Origin: Takakia lepidozioides
Lineage: Eukaryota > Plantae > Bryophyta
NCBI GenBank assembly: GCA_030704615.1
Contig: CM060731.1
Coordinates: 50,964,001-51,028,000, forward strand
DNA: 64,000 nucleotides
Reading direction: 5' to 3'
The position numbers were made by a program, and so were the translations under genes. A model generated the notes under the pieces. The model did no database searches and had not been told where the DNA came from. It saw only the letters and a list, made by a program, of their open reading frames with translations. Positions 35,433-47,909 of this stretch are shown one piece after another; the stretch's first letter is position 1, and every line of letters starts with the position of its first letter.

Positions 35433-38400
35433 ATGGCCAAGCCAGCGCGGGGAAGGCGGCCAATTTTGGAATGGCGCCTGCTTTCTTGGTTTCTTGTCTT
35501 ACTGTGCTCTTCTGCTCTGGTCACGGGGTCTTCACAAGTATGTAATGAAGCAACGGCATCCTTGCGTGAACGTGAACACCCACGAAGTTGCCTCTCTGAT
35601 CTCGAGCTCTGGATTCCAGGTGGGCAGGAGAGCTTTCAATTGGATTTGTGTATTTTACTAAGTAGGAAGATTCCGAAGTATTGGAGCGACAGTTTGACTG
35701 TCTAGCTGTATCGTAAGAGCAATTAGGGTTCCACTGCAGACCGGGGCCCGTGGTGTGTTCTGTTTTCAAGTATTTCACCCCATTTTCGGCCCAGTGGTAT
35801 CCTCAATTCACAGCAACCATGGCTCTGCTGGCTATAGTGGGGTCAATTGTCTGCTTGCATAAAAATTGCAGGTTCCTGAAGCATTTTTTTCTTGGTTGTT
35901 CACTTGATGTCAGCGGTTGGGGGAGTTTATCATGTTTTGGACATTTGTGGTTCTTGATTGGTACTGGGATGAAACTAGTTTGGTCCTCAACTGAGAGATT
36001 TCCAGTATGGCTAGGCATGGGCCGGGCCTATCTTTCAGGGGCTCAGAGTTCTTTACATGGGAACCTGCTCTTGTAGTTCCTAATGATCATCCCATCCAAA
36101 TGCCTGAATCACATCAGACAAACAAATGTGTGTGACATCGGGAAGAGCAGAAAGATGAGACGAAGCCATGCCAGCTACAGTAGCCCAATGCAAAATGGAC
36201 ATGGCCTGTGCCCTCTGTAGAACTCTTTCTCATTTCTCTCTCTCTCTCTCACACGCAAATAAAGACACGAGTCCGGATTTCCGCGTACTGTTTGCAAGCC
36301 CTAATTTTGGGCTGTGTCCAACCCTGAAAACCTATGAGCCTGATGGAGGGGAGGTCCTGGGTTGTAGACATCATGATTAACAGGTTAAAACCGAAGGACC
36401 GGGTTTTTCTAAACTACTAGGTATGTCCTCAACGGTACTTCTTACCCATGTTCACGGGGAATGGTTAACATCTCTGATCATATTGTTTGTGCTTCAGGAG
36501 ACAACTTATCACAGAAAGTTGTGAATGCATGGTGCAACGAGACAGTTCGAGATGCAATACGAGCGAACACTGAAGCTCAGAGTGATGCAGCTGTCTGCAA
36601 GCAAGAGAAATCAGCCTGCCAGCGCACTCTTGCTGAGCGAGAGAGGGAATGGAACATGGCGGAGGCAAATACGAGATTGCAGTTTTTTGAAGAGAAAGTG
36701 CAATCAGAAGGGGTGTGGAAGGAAGAGAAGCTGTTGGTGCAGGTCAGGCTGAGTGCAGAGAGGGATGCCATTGCTGCTGACCTTGCATTCTGTAAGGCAA
36801 AGAACCTTGGTGTAATCAGTCTAGCTGAGTGTAACTATGAAAAGCAGCTTGCTGTTTCGGAGTGTGAGAACGAAAGGCAGGTTTTCGCTGCAAGGTTGAG
36901 TGACAACACAAGAAGCAGCAGCTCAGAACTGTTGTCCAGCCATGGCATGGACTTGGTTTCATGTCAGGAAGGCCTCACTGAGCAGCAGAACCGCATTGGG
37001 TGGTTGCAGGAGAGCTTGGGTTATTGCAGGTATGTCATTTTATCTGCTGCTGTCTTGAAGGCATGGCATAATGACAGAGAGGCAGAGTTACAGTACACCT
37101 AAGGGATTGTACTCTGTTTGTCTCTGTCATGTCATGGATCTGGAACACACTTCTCATGGTCCATCCACCAAAAAGTTGCTGAACCACTTCAGACACCTGC
37201 ATATGACCACAAACTGTTCTCAGGGGATAGCAGTGCTTTTCAGTTTCACCTAACATCTGTAAGGACAGTAACGTTATTTTGTCTCTCGAGGGAATGAACG
37301 TCAGTCTCCCGGTGGCTTTGAACAAAACTGCTGTTCATCGTGGGGGCAGCATCTGAAGATGTACATAGATTTAACTAATTAGTTTTTTGGTCGACCTTGG
37401 GAATGCTGTTCCAGAGACAGCAGTATGTTTAATACATCATACAAATTGCATTATTGTCTCCAGTTATGAGAAGCATACAGGGAGCGATATTCATGATGAA
37501 ATCCGAGTCCCCTAATTAGCTGAAATGGCCTATTGATTTTTGATAAGTTGTCGGGATTGTGTAAGGGAGCTGTTAGATATGAGAAGGCGCAGGCAGAGGC
37601 CACAATACAAGCTCAGCCTGGGTTGCAAGATGTGCGCATTGAGGAGCTGGACAGGTTGATCAAAGTCTTGTCAGGCCTGCTTGTGGCATTTGTCACTCTC
37701 TGCCTGGGCCTTGCTGCAGCACTTGCAATTACCTTGCTGTGTAAGTGCACAGCACTTAATCTAACATCCCCCCCCTTTTCCAGTCCTCTGTGCCCCTTTG
37801 GCCCTCCCGCTCTTTTACTGCTAGAAATGTAAACTTGTTGATCTGTCACTCTCAGATGAATGTTTCATTTGTGCTAAATTTTTTTATTCTGGTACTCTAA
37901 AAACATTTTAATGCTTGCAACTGGCAGAATTGCTGGCCTCTGCATGAAAGAAAACATGTGCTTTTCTTCTTGTGAAGTGACAGAGAAAAGGCTTGTGGTT
38001 GCAGCATCTGTCAGAAATGAAGGTAGGCAGAAAGACTCAGACAGTTTGATCAAGAGCATGGCCACCAATGCGATCAGGTCACATCCCCACATGCTATCAA
38101 GTGAGGAGGCCCGGTGCATGCTGGCCAAGTTCTTTGAGGATAATGAGAGCCATGTGACCACAATTCTCACCTATCCAGATGTGTCACAGAAACAATATGG
38201 TTGGCACTTACGATCCCTGTGTCTTGTTTGCCCTTTTTGTTCTCCAACAACTAATTTTTTGAAAAGTTGCTTGGCAAGTCTGATGGGGCTGATGGGAATA
38301 GGGAGGGAGGGACGGGGTTAAGTCAGCTGGACCTGGCTTGAATGAGCCTTGTGAGAGAAAAACAAGTTTGTCATGCCATGCCTGTAGTACCCATGGGATC

Positions 38401-40494
38401 CGTAGAGCTACCAGAGAACACCAAAAGCATATGTAAAACCCCCAAAAAATGTTCCCTGGATATAGGCTGCATCATGCAGGTAAGCAAGAGAGAGAGAGGA
38501 AAGGAAATCAAGACTTCCTAATTCTCAAACACTACTCATGTCTCCGGTTATTGGGCATTCTTGGTGTCCATATGGCGATCAAGAGTTAGGACTTCCCCGG
38601 AGGAAATTTCTCTAAGCAGGGGGTGTTGTCCACCCATACCTTTCAGTAGGGCAGCCCAGCTAGGGCATCAAGTACTACACCTGTGCAACCTCAGTAGAAT
38701 TGTGTCGAAGTTCTTGACTTGAAGAAATACAAGGTTCAGTCGCCTCTTTAATCGTTATTTTATGACTAGGTTGTCTTATCTCTCTGATGCAGAGATAGAG
38801 TGCACATTTTTGTTGGTGCCAGTCAATATGTCAAGTTGTCGAAGGTTTGCTCTGTTTGGTGGCGGAGGAGATTATACAAGGCAGGTCGAGGTGGCTCAGG
38901 AATTCGGTGAGTCTCCCCATGGTCAGACTACTTATAAACACTCTGGGATTGTTGTGCTGTCATTTTTTTCAATGTGGTCAAATGTATGACTAATGTAATA
39001 GAAACCCTAAACTATTGACGGTTGTAGAAAGAACCCAATAACACTGTAGTGAACATGTTTTACTGATATGAAATCAATTGGTAGTGAAATTCTCGCCTCA
39101 TTATTAGTGAAATGAACGAGACCTATAGAGATATATATCACTCCCTCACGAGTAATAAACAAATAGGTAAACTTTACACATTATTAGTGAACTAAACTAA
39201 ATGTAGTGAAATACAAACTTGATTTGAAAAGTAAATAGGCTACTAACAATCGTATGTTTCATTCTATGTAAAAATAGTAAAACAAATTCACTTTGACAGT
39301 ACCATAAAAGGTTCAAGTGTAGAGAACTACGATATCCTAGTGAACATTTTGGCTTATCCATGAACTACTAATAGTGATATATAGACTCTTCCCAGTTATA
39401 TGTTTCACTCTAAGTAAATACAGTAAAACATATTCACTCCCATAAGACCATGAAAAAGTTCAATTGTAGTGAAATGACCCGTTTCCACATCATTCTGTGC
39501 TAGTTCACAGAATGAGAATAAACTCAGGGCGGGAAGCCTACCTTTGAACAGAAAACAAATGCAGAGAGGAAAGGGGGATTGCCAATGCCTGTTGTGTGGG
39601 CAACCTGAAGATAATATTCATTTTCTGATGCATTGAGAGACACCCTCTTCAAATCTATCAAGGGATTTGTGCCTGTACCTCCGTTTACCAACTTTGAAAA
39701 TCTCGAGGCTGAGCCAACAGCCCAGGCCCTTTTGGGGCCTATTATTGGGCAAATCACACACAGCAGATTGATGCTTGTGTAAAGGGAATATCTGGAAAGC
39801 GGAACACAAAGGGACAGAAACTACCTACACGAGGTACTATGACTTACCTTGGAACAGACAATTAATGGGCGCGGGGTCAATGGCCACAAGGCTATGGCAA
39901 ACCACGTCTTATGAGTGCATTCTGTGCAAGTTCACAGAGTACCACTCATTAGGCAACAAAGTTAGAATGTGGTCCTGAGGACCAAACATGGAATCACCTT
40001 TGTGTTAAGTGGTCATAACGGGTCTGAGTCCTGTGATTATCTCCTTGTACAGGATGACCAGGAGTGTAAGTAGCTATGCAATGTTGTAGTCCTATATCTG
40101 CCAGATTCTCATGTAAGATTTGTGACATTGCACTTCAACACACCATCACAATCAAAGGCAACAATGAATTCAAAGTTGAACTCTGTGCTCTTGTGGTTTA
40201 AATGCAGTATCAAATCAATGGGAAAACAAGAGGCTTGTAGTTCTCTTGTACGAATTTGGAGGTCGTGCGTTCACTGAGAGGACACTGGACGGCCTGGAAA
40301 TATCCGCAGAAAGGCTTGCCTTTGAGGCTGTTCCCAAAGACCAGGATTTCCCCTCTGACGATGACCTTGTAGTTTTGTGGGTCAGTGAAAAGCATGGGCT
40401 CCAGGTCAGCGACAGCGGCGGAGAATCAGTGTTCTCAGGGATCATAAAGCAGCAGACCTGGGCCCAATATCTTGCAAAAACAAGAAGGCTCTGA
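35433..40494 (+). CDS. Uncharacterised single-pass membrane protein, ~492 aa; join(35433..35619,36498..37029,37577..37740,38005..38199,38793..38906,40208..40494)
   Basis: All five GT-AG introns are phase-compatible, giving 1479 nt with no stop. Signal-peptide-like N-terminus, Cys-spaced coiled-coil region, TM helix (VLSGLLVAFVTLCLGLAAALAITLL) and a C-terminal alpha/beta-looking domain. Confidence 0.7.
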
Positions 40495-40889
40495 AAAGGT
40501 AAGGAAGACTAAAAGAATGACCCTGACCCTAGCTTCTGTTGTAGTTGGCGTGTTTCCTTCTTGTTAGTGAGCTTCTGTCACACTGAGCTGGTGACAGGAA
40601 GGATTGTACTGGTGGGGCAGGAGCATATTATAATATAATGACGGATGGATGAAAAAGTGGCAGTGGACATAATTATTTTGTAAATTTCGTGAAATAATGA
40701 TTTAAAATTTATAATGACAGAAGTGCATACCTATTGCTCTTATGAAGTCTTAATTTAAAAACATCTTCATTGATTATGAATGAGAGTATATATTGATTTT
40801 TGTTTTGTTTTGGTTCTATTTTTGGGATCAGAAAGGGCGTGCACTTATTTGGAGGACATCTCTAATTTCTTTAGGTGGAAAAATAAGGT

Positions 40890-41960
40890 TATTTGGACAT
40901 CCAGTCCACTTTCTCAAAGTCCGTTCCCACATAGGTATTAACGGTATTGAAGAAGCTGACCTCCTCGCCCAAGAAGGTGCCTCCAAACCCCCCGGTAGAA
41001 CCCATGGACGATCCCATTCATATCGCGCACACCCACCCATTCTGGCTAATACACTCCATGCCAGACTCTCTTGAAACCCGATCTATATGTAACCTCTTGA
41101 CCATACTCACTCGTGAAGCTAACACACAAGCCTTGACATTTATCTGCCACACCAAAGTACATATCCAAAAATGGAAGCAATTCGTCGCACTCCATCACAA
41201 GCTATCAAACTACTTCTGGCACACCAAAGTTGCGATTGATACACAAATATGCCAAACACTCAAATTCCGATACGCTTAGTATATGGGGTCACCAACGCAA
41301 ACATATTTTCTAGCCACACCTATTCCCATCTCCACACTGTCCACTTTGTTCACACACCCAGTAGGTGTGTGACACCTGGCCACACCTCCTTAGCTAGTGT
41401 ACCCACCCTCTCATCCACAACCAACGTATAACCCGACATAACCACGCAGTCTGACATATTCATAAACTCCTCATGCATGGTACTGAAACCCAATGGTTCT
41501 CACTCATGAACGCTGACACCTACCAGGGCAGACCTCCAGACCATATTGTCCCATCTTGGCTCTTCCCAGCCCACGAACCGTTATCATTGCCGGATCTAGA
41601 GGTTGCACAATGCCAGCATTGCCGCTTTACACAAAAACTTTAATATTCCCATTTCCCCTATTCACAAATGTTTAAAGGCTATCCACTTGACTTACACAAA
41701 AACTTTAATATTCCTATTTCCCCTATTCACAAATGTTTCAAGGCTATCCACTTGACGGCTCTCTTACAGCTATTATCACTAATAAGCGACAACTCGAATC
41801 CAATCCTGTCAGTACCTGAGGCACCCCTCTCCCTTGGTGTCCCCTAGACACCTACAGGCTTAGCCTCCTTCTTTATAGGGCCCACCCCTTGAGAAGGGCA
41901 GCGGTCGTGACACGAAGTGACTCTTAGTTATGTCGGGTTTTGGCCGGAGTCTTCTCTCTC
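40890..41960 (+). mobile_element. 3' fragment of a non-LTR retrotransposon (RNase H, CCHC knuckle, RHN motif), decayed
   Basis: PVHFLKVRSHIGINGIEEADLLAQEG (RNase H C-terminal motif), then CPLC...DTWPHLL..C...ITRHNHAV with stops. A 65-bp tandem duplication lies at 41627-41756. Confidence 0.75.
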
Positions 41961-42137
41961 TCTATTTTGAAAGAGGTTAGTTTTATTCCCTCTCATATGA
42001 AGTCATATTCCATGCTTCCAGAAAAAAAGGTGTTAAACAAGCCTCAACTGACATCACATCTGAATGGCCTTAAGTGGGCCTCAGCAAGTATATCCACTCT
42101 CACAACCACAAAATGACCAAAATTTGAATGACCTTCC

Positions 42138-42158
42138 ATATATATATATATATATATA
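42138..42158. repeat. (TA)n microsatellite
   Basis: atatatatatatatatatata. Confidence 0.9.
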
Positions 42159-44521
42159 GCTACATAGAGTTTTTATCATTTTGGACGGACAAATATGGTT
42201 GTGCTTTTGAAAACTTGGACATCATAAGCGTAGAAATTTCATTCGGCCATGTAATCCGCGATTTCATCCGGAAATTTATTGCCTCCCTTTATTCTAAAGA
42301 ATAGACTACATATCAATGTCAAAAGTCGGTAAGCCCCTATTGTGTCTTCCCCAGGTGTCACCTCCTCTCCTTTGCTGAAAAAAACTTCATGGTTTGCCTC
42401 CGGGTAACTCCTCCCTTAGGTAATTTTATTTATTTATTTATTTTATTTTATTTTTGGATAAAGGGGAGGTAGCCCTTGGATCTTTATTCGAATTATTTGA
42501 GGGAAAAAAATTAAAACCCTGGGGTGCTCGAAGGCTGCCATAAGGCAACTTCTCGATTATTGAACAAGTTATGAAAGATAAATTGATGAATTTTCAAGTT
42601 TATTATGGATGAAAGTAGATTTCACTATTCAGAAAGATGAGCCATATGCAACTAGCCGCTTGCTAACAAATATATGAATAAAAAAAAACATGTATTCTCT
42701 TTTAATGAACCTTTCATTGGGAACCATATATATATATTCTTATTATTAACTCTTTTTCGCCAGCATCCTTCTCCTACTAAGTTTTTATAACCATTTATGG
42801 TATTTTTAAACTGATAAACCAAAGAATGACACCATACAATATCCATCTATTACACTGCAGTATTTGATTACCCCAGATTCGACGAAAAATCACTCAAATT
42901 CAACATGCCAAATAAATAAGTGAAAATTTGGGGAAATTAAAAAAGATGCAGAACTTCCAGTTCGGATGACAGCAGCTGCAATGAACATACTTTTCTTTTT
43001 CTTTTTCTCTTTTCTAAGCCGAAAGGGGATGGAATCCCTGTTAATCAAAATAAAAACGAGGAAAAATAAATCTCGATAAAGCCATTAGGCAAAAAACAAT
43101 CTGGGGAACCTCCTAGGGCGACCACCGAGGGCCAAGGTCCAAAGGTCCAAACACTTGCCTAATCCTCACAACTACCGATTAAGTCAAGCAAAAGCTGAGA
43201 AACCGAGCGAACCATAGAGCAAGAAAGCAGACAAGGGAAAACACGGACGGAGCCATAACACATAAAGTTTATTTTAGGAAAGTTTAATAAAATGAATGTT
43301 GATCCGGCAACAATCAAAGCTCGTCATGATAGGCATACTTTCATATGTCTTCAAAGAAGGGAACTAATATATGTAAAGGTGTGATTTTGAATCTCTTTGC
43401 ACTTCAGCCATCCTCTCAGCCTTGTCCATGGTCGGAACATACAAAGGTAACATGGGTTGTGTCATGCTAACAACTGCCGTGTGAAAATTTCACTCAACCT
43501 CATGCCTGTCCTTTGATTGCCCATTCTGTTCAAGGAAACACAATAACCATCGCACTAATGAGAGCCCCACTGCGAACAAAAGGTAGATAGATAGCTCTAA
43601 AGCCAACGCCGCCAGAATATTAAAAGTCTTCCGTTAAAGACCGCCGAAAAACTTGCTAATTATCTAAACATATGCTAACCTGATTGAAAACAAATATTTG
43701 GCACTTGCCCGCCGCCAACCTACCATATATCAAACTCACCATATATCAAACTCCAAATCGAGAGTTCGCATATTTAGCAATAGCATATATGCTTTTTTTT
43801 TTAAAAAGTATATTTATATGCTATATTTAGGGATTCAATATCTGCAGTGTTACTTGAACTCAAAGAAAGCAAAAATCAGATATCATATTCTCCTGAGAAA
43901 AAACAATGGCAATTAAAATATTTTAAAGATATGCAAAAACAAACTAAAAAACAACCCCAAGAATAAAAAGTTGTTCAACGAAATAGAATAATTGCAAATT
44001 AGCCTTTCCTAAATTTAGGAGGGGGCGCCTACATGTGCATTGTGAAGCATGTTGAGTCATGCCCTTGGTTTAGAAAACAAAAACAAAAACAATAAAATAA
44101 AATCATGGATGGATGTGCGACATGACAATGGATGACAACTGCACACGAGAGGACAAAAGTCAGCAGAAGCATCTGGGAGTGTCGGCGAGGAGCTCCAGAG
44201 CTGGAATGGAGTGGAGGGGAGCGGGGTATAATACTGTTGAAGATGCTCGCTGAATTGTGCTGCCAGAATCTTTAGCAGCGAATTGTGGAGGACGATGTGC
44301 GTGTGATTCACCATCGCTCTGGATCGCATGCAGAGTTACAGCGGAGGAAGAGGTTGGAGCTTGCAGAGCTCCGATTCGTGAGCAGAGAAAGGAGTCTAGT
44401 AGATCGGATAGAGAGCGTTATGAGCTCAGAAGGGCAGAGATGCTGCAGGTGGGGAGAGAGAAGGGTGTGTGCGGTAGGATCTGGAAGGAACTTTCATCAT
44501 GCTTGGATTCAAGCTAGGAAG

Positions 44522-46906
44522 ATGCTTCTGATTTTATTGGGAGTGTTGGTGATTGCCACACGGGGGGCCAGTGCTCAGCAAGCTTACGGAGATGTCAGTG
44601 GGTATGTTTGCAATGGACAGCTCAAATCTTGCAACACTTACGCCTTGTACAGAACACAGAGTTTCCAGGAAACACTTAACAGTGTGGGTGACCTGTTCGA
44701 CACAAACGCCTCATTCGTTGCGAAGTTGAGCGGGTTGGATCTGACCTCAAACGACCTCCCTTTTCAGCAACCGTTGTATGTCCCTCTATCTTGCGGGTGT
44801 ACGAATGGATCATCACAGGCAAATGTCTCTCACGTGATTGTCAATGGTGACACTTTCTGGGCTATTGCTAATACAACCGGTTATGAGGGGATGACCACCT
44901 ATCAAGCAATTGAGCTGGCAAACCCTGCCGCTGTGGTACTTGACCTTCAAATTGGTGACGTGGTTACAATTCCACTGAGGTGTGCATGTCCCACCGCTCA
45001 ACAGCTAAGGAACCGAGGATCGCAATTTCTCCTGACTTATGTCGTATACCCCGGTGAGACCTTGGAGACAATCAGCACATATTTCAATGTCTCCAGTGCA
45101 GATTTGCAGACGGCAAATAGTCTGCAAGGAGTAGCCTTAGACGCATATACCACCCTTCTCATTCCTTTGGCGAGCCTCCCCAATATATCTACCATTAAAT
45201 TTCTCACTCCATCTGTGGCTGCTCAGCGAGTCAATTCAGGAGGTGGATCGAAGAAGACTTTGTACATTGGCATTGCTGTCGGCGTTTTAGGCTTCCTCGC
45301 TGCAGCATTCTTCATGGCACTGCTGCTGGTCCGGCATCGGCGGAACTCCCTCCAAATCAAGCACTTTGGTAATGAACATGAGTTCATCCCAGCTCTGAAG
45401 AAAGCTGCAGGGGAAAAAGGACTTAGTGGAGAACTGCTTGCCGAAATGTCCGATGTGGTGGGATCTGACAAACCGCTTTACTTCACCTATAAGGAGCTTC
45501 AGGAAGCAACCGACGATTTCAGCACTTCCAGCAGGATTCAAGGCTCTGTTTACCTGGGAAAATTGAATGGAATGCTGGTTGCCATCAAGAAGATGAAGGG
45601 AAACATGAAACAGGAGCTCAAGATTTTGGCCCAAGTCCACCATGGCAATCTGGTAAGAAGACGTCGCTCTTCTCCTGCGGTCACATAATAAGTTCCTTTC
45701 TGACTTTCATTCAGGCCCCAGGGAGACGAGTTTATTATACTCTTCGGACAATCAGCTTGAGCCAATGAAGCTCTCCATGACAATTATCTGATTGCTTCAA
45801 TGGGTCGAAACTCGAAACGTCGCCTCTTCCATCACCGGCATGCAAAGCTTTCCAAGAGCTTCAACATTCGCACTGTGTAGATTGCATCTCCGTTAAGTTG
45901 TCGTACTAAAGAATGTCGAAGAATTATGAATAGCAAGTCAATTTCTTGGTCTCCCCATGCAAGTGTAAGATCGAGAGATGGCTATAATCCTATCTTGGGC
46001 CTTAGGCATAGCTCAAAATGAAGGTTTTGAGCTGTCTCTCTTCCAGGCTAGATTGTTGCTTTTAGCGTCAATACTGACTTCTAGGGTTGGTCACGTATGT
46101 TGCTGCAGGTGAAGCTGGTGGGGATGTGCGTCGACGGCTCGGAGAACTTGTATCTGGTCTATGAGTATGCCGAGAATGGGTCCCTCAGTGACTGCTTGCA
46201 TAATGAAAGCTTGTACCAGAAAAAGGGTCTTGCCCGGAGCATTGCGTTTTTGCCCTGGACAACAAGAGTTCAAATTGCTCTCGATGTGGCATCAGGCCTC
46301 GATTATATCCACAACTACACTAATCCCAGCTTTGTGCATAAGGATGTGAACAGCAGCAACATACTTCTGGACAAGGACTTCCGAGCTAAAGTCGCCAACT
46401 TCGGAATGGCCAAGTATGCGGAAAGTTCATGCCAGGCAGGGCCCATGATGACGAAGCACATCGTGGGCACACACGGCTACATGGCTCCCGAGTATCGGGA
46501 GCACGGGCTGGTTACAACCAAGGCTGATGTTTTTGCATTTGGGGTGGTTTTACTGGAGATTCTTTCAGGCCAGGATGCCCTAGTTAAGCCTGCGGAAAGG
46601 GAGATGACACAAGGGAAGGAGACTCAGGCATTGTCAGATGTGATACAGAAGGTCCTCGAAGGGGATGATCAGCTGACCAAGTTGCAAGCTTGGATGGATC
46701 CACTGTTGCAGCACGCCTATCCTCTGGACACAGCGTGCAGCGTGGCAAGTTTAGCAAAGGTGTGTGTGGATGCGGATCCAGCGGTGCGGCCCACCATGAA
46801 GGACATCAACTTTGCTCTCTCCAAGATGTTGTCAGCATCCTTGGAGTGGGAATCCTCAGCAGTGTTTACCAAAACCATGGCTGATGTCTCAGTTGAAGCA
46901 AGGTAA
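44522..46906 (+). CDS. LysM receptor-like kinase of the LYR (pseudokinase) class, ~642 aa; join(44522..45652,46109..46906)
   Basis: Signal peptide ending SAQQ; three LysM modules separated by CGC and CAC; TM helix. The kinase lacks the Gly-loop (RIQGSVY), has HKD for HRD and NFG for DFG, and keeps GTHGYMAPEY. One phase-0 intron. Confidence 0.95.
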
Positions 46907-47330
46907 CTGCAACAGTGGAGACCCAGGACAAACCCAAATGCATCTAAGTTCAGGACTAGCCATGTTAAGAGGCGCAGCCATATCAGTAGCTTTCCGATTG
47001 CATCTCTGATGCGAGAGGAGAGGGAGTGTGATCCGTGTGTGGGGTGGATCCGTGTATCATAAGTCACCAAGTCTCCGTTGCTAAAGTGTAGTCTAGTATA
47101 TCGCTAAAGAGTTTTCCCCAAGTTTTGCAGGTAGAAAGCATTGCAAAGAAAAGCAAAAGTGATATTTGGGTGTTGGTGGCTCTGGTGTTTGGTTATTCCC
47201 CTTTGTAAATTCCCATTTGCAGTAGGCACTGTACGGTAGATTCACTGGACGTTAAAGAAACTTTATCCTTTTTTGTCCTTTTATCCCTTTGTAGTAACCA
47301 GTTACTACTGTAGTAAGTGGTTGTTAATAC

Positions 47331-47909
47331 CACTGTTACCTGGACATTTGATTCAGCGTCAAACCCCGGGGCGGATCCCAACTCCAATGAATATATATAT
47401 GTGGATTCTGCCGGAGGTCGAAAAATCAAATATAAGAACTGCCGGATATGGGATAACTGGATCCAGTTGAGAACCGGTGGTTTTGTATATATTTTTTAAT
47501 TTGATTTGAACCTGAACCAGTGGTCCAAAAGAATCCCCATAATAGCCTGCTATTGCTTTCACTCAACATAAAACGAGGTGGATCATAGTCATGAGCTGGC
47601 CCGTCTTCATTTTGGTTCTACCCATCATTTTTAATGTATTAGATTTTTAATTTTGGGTTATTTTGTTTTATTAAAATAATTTTGGATTTGTTTGATAACC
47701 GGGGGATACTGAACCGCTTGAGGCCATCCTGACATAAACTCCATTTGTCCATAACCGCATAGAGGTAAATTTTGTATTTATTGCCAACTGGCAAGATATC
47801 AAAATCGGGAAAACTCCAAAACCCCGGAACCGGAGGATGTGAACACAAAGTTAAAGTTAAACATCCGTAACCAGCTGATATTAAAAAATCAAATACCCAC
47901 ACAACACTG
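47331..47909. mobile_element. Probable hAT-type MITE inserted into a palindrome-rich repeat (47186-48060)
   Basis: Ends CACTGTT...AACACTG; flanks GTTAATAC and GTTAACAA (6/8). The flanking repeat shares GGTTATTCCC and AACCAGTTACTAC..GTAACTGGTT motifs on both sides. Confidence 0.5.

Noticed and set aside
44285-44521. 79-aa N-terminal extension of the LysM kinase in the ORF track
   Set aside because: Starts at GTG and would bury the signal peptide; treated as 5' UTR with ATG at 44522.
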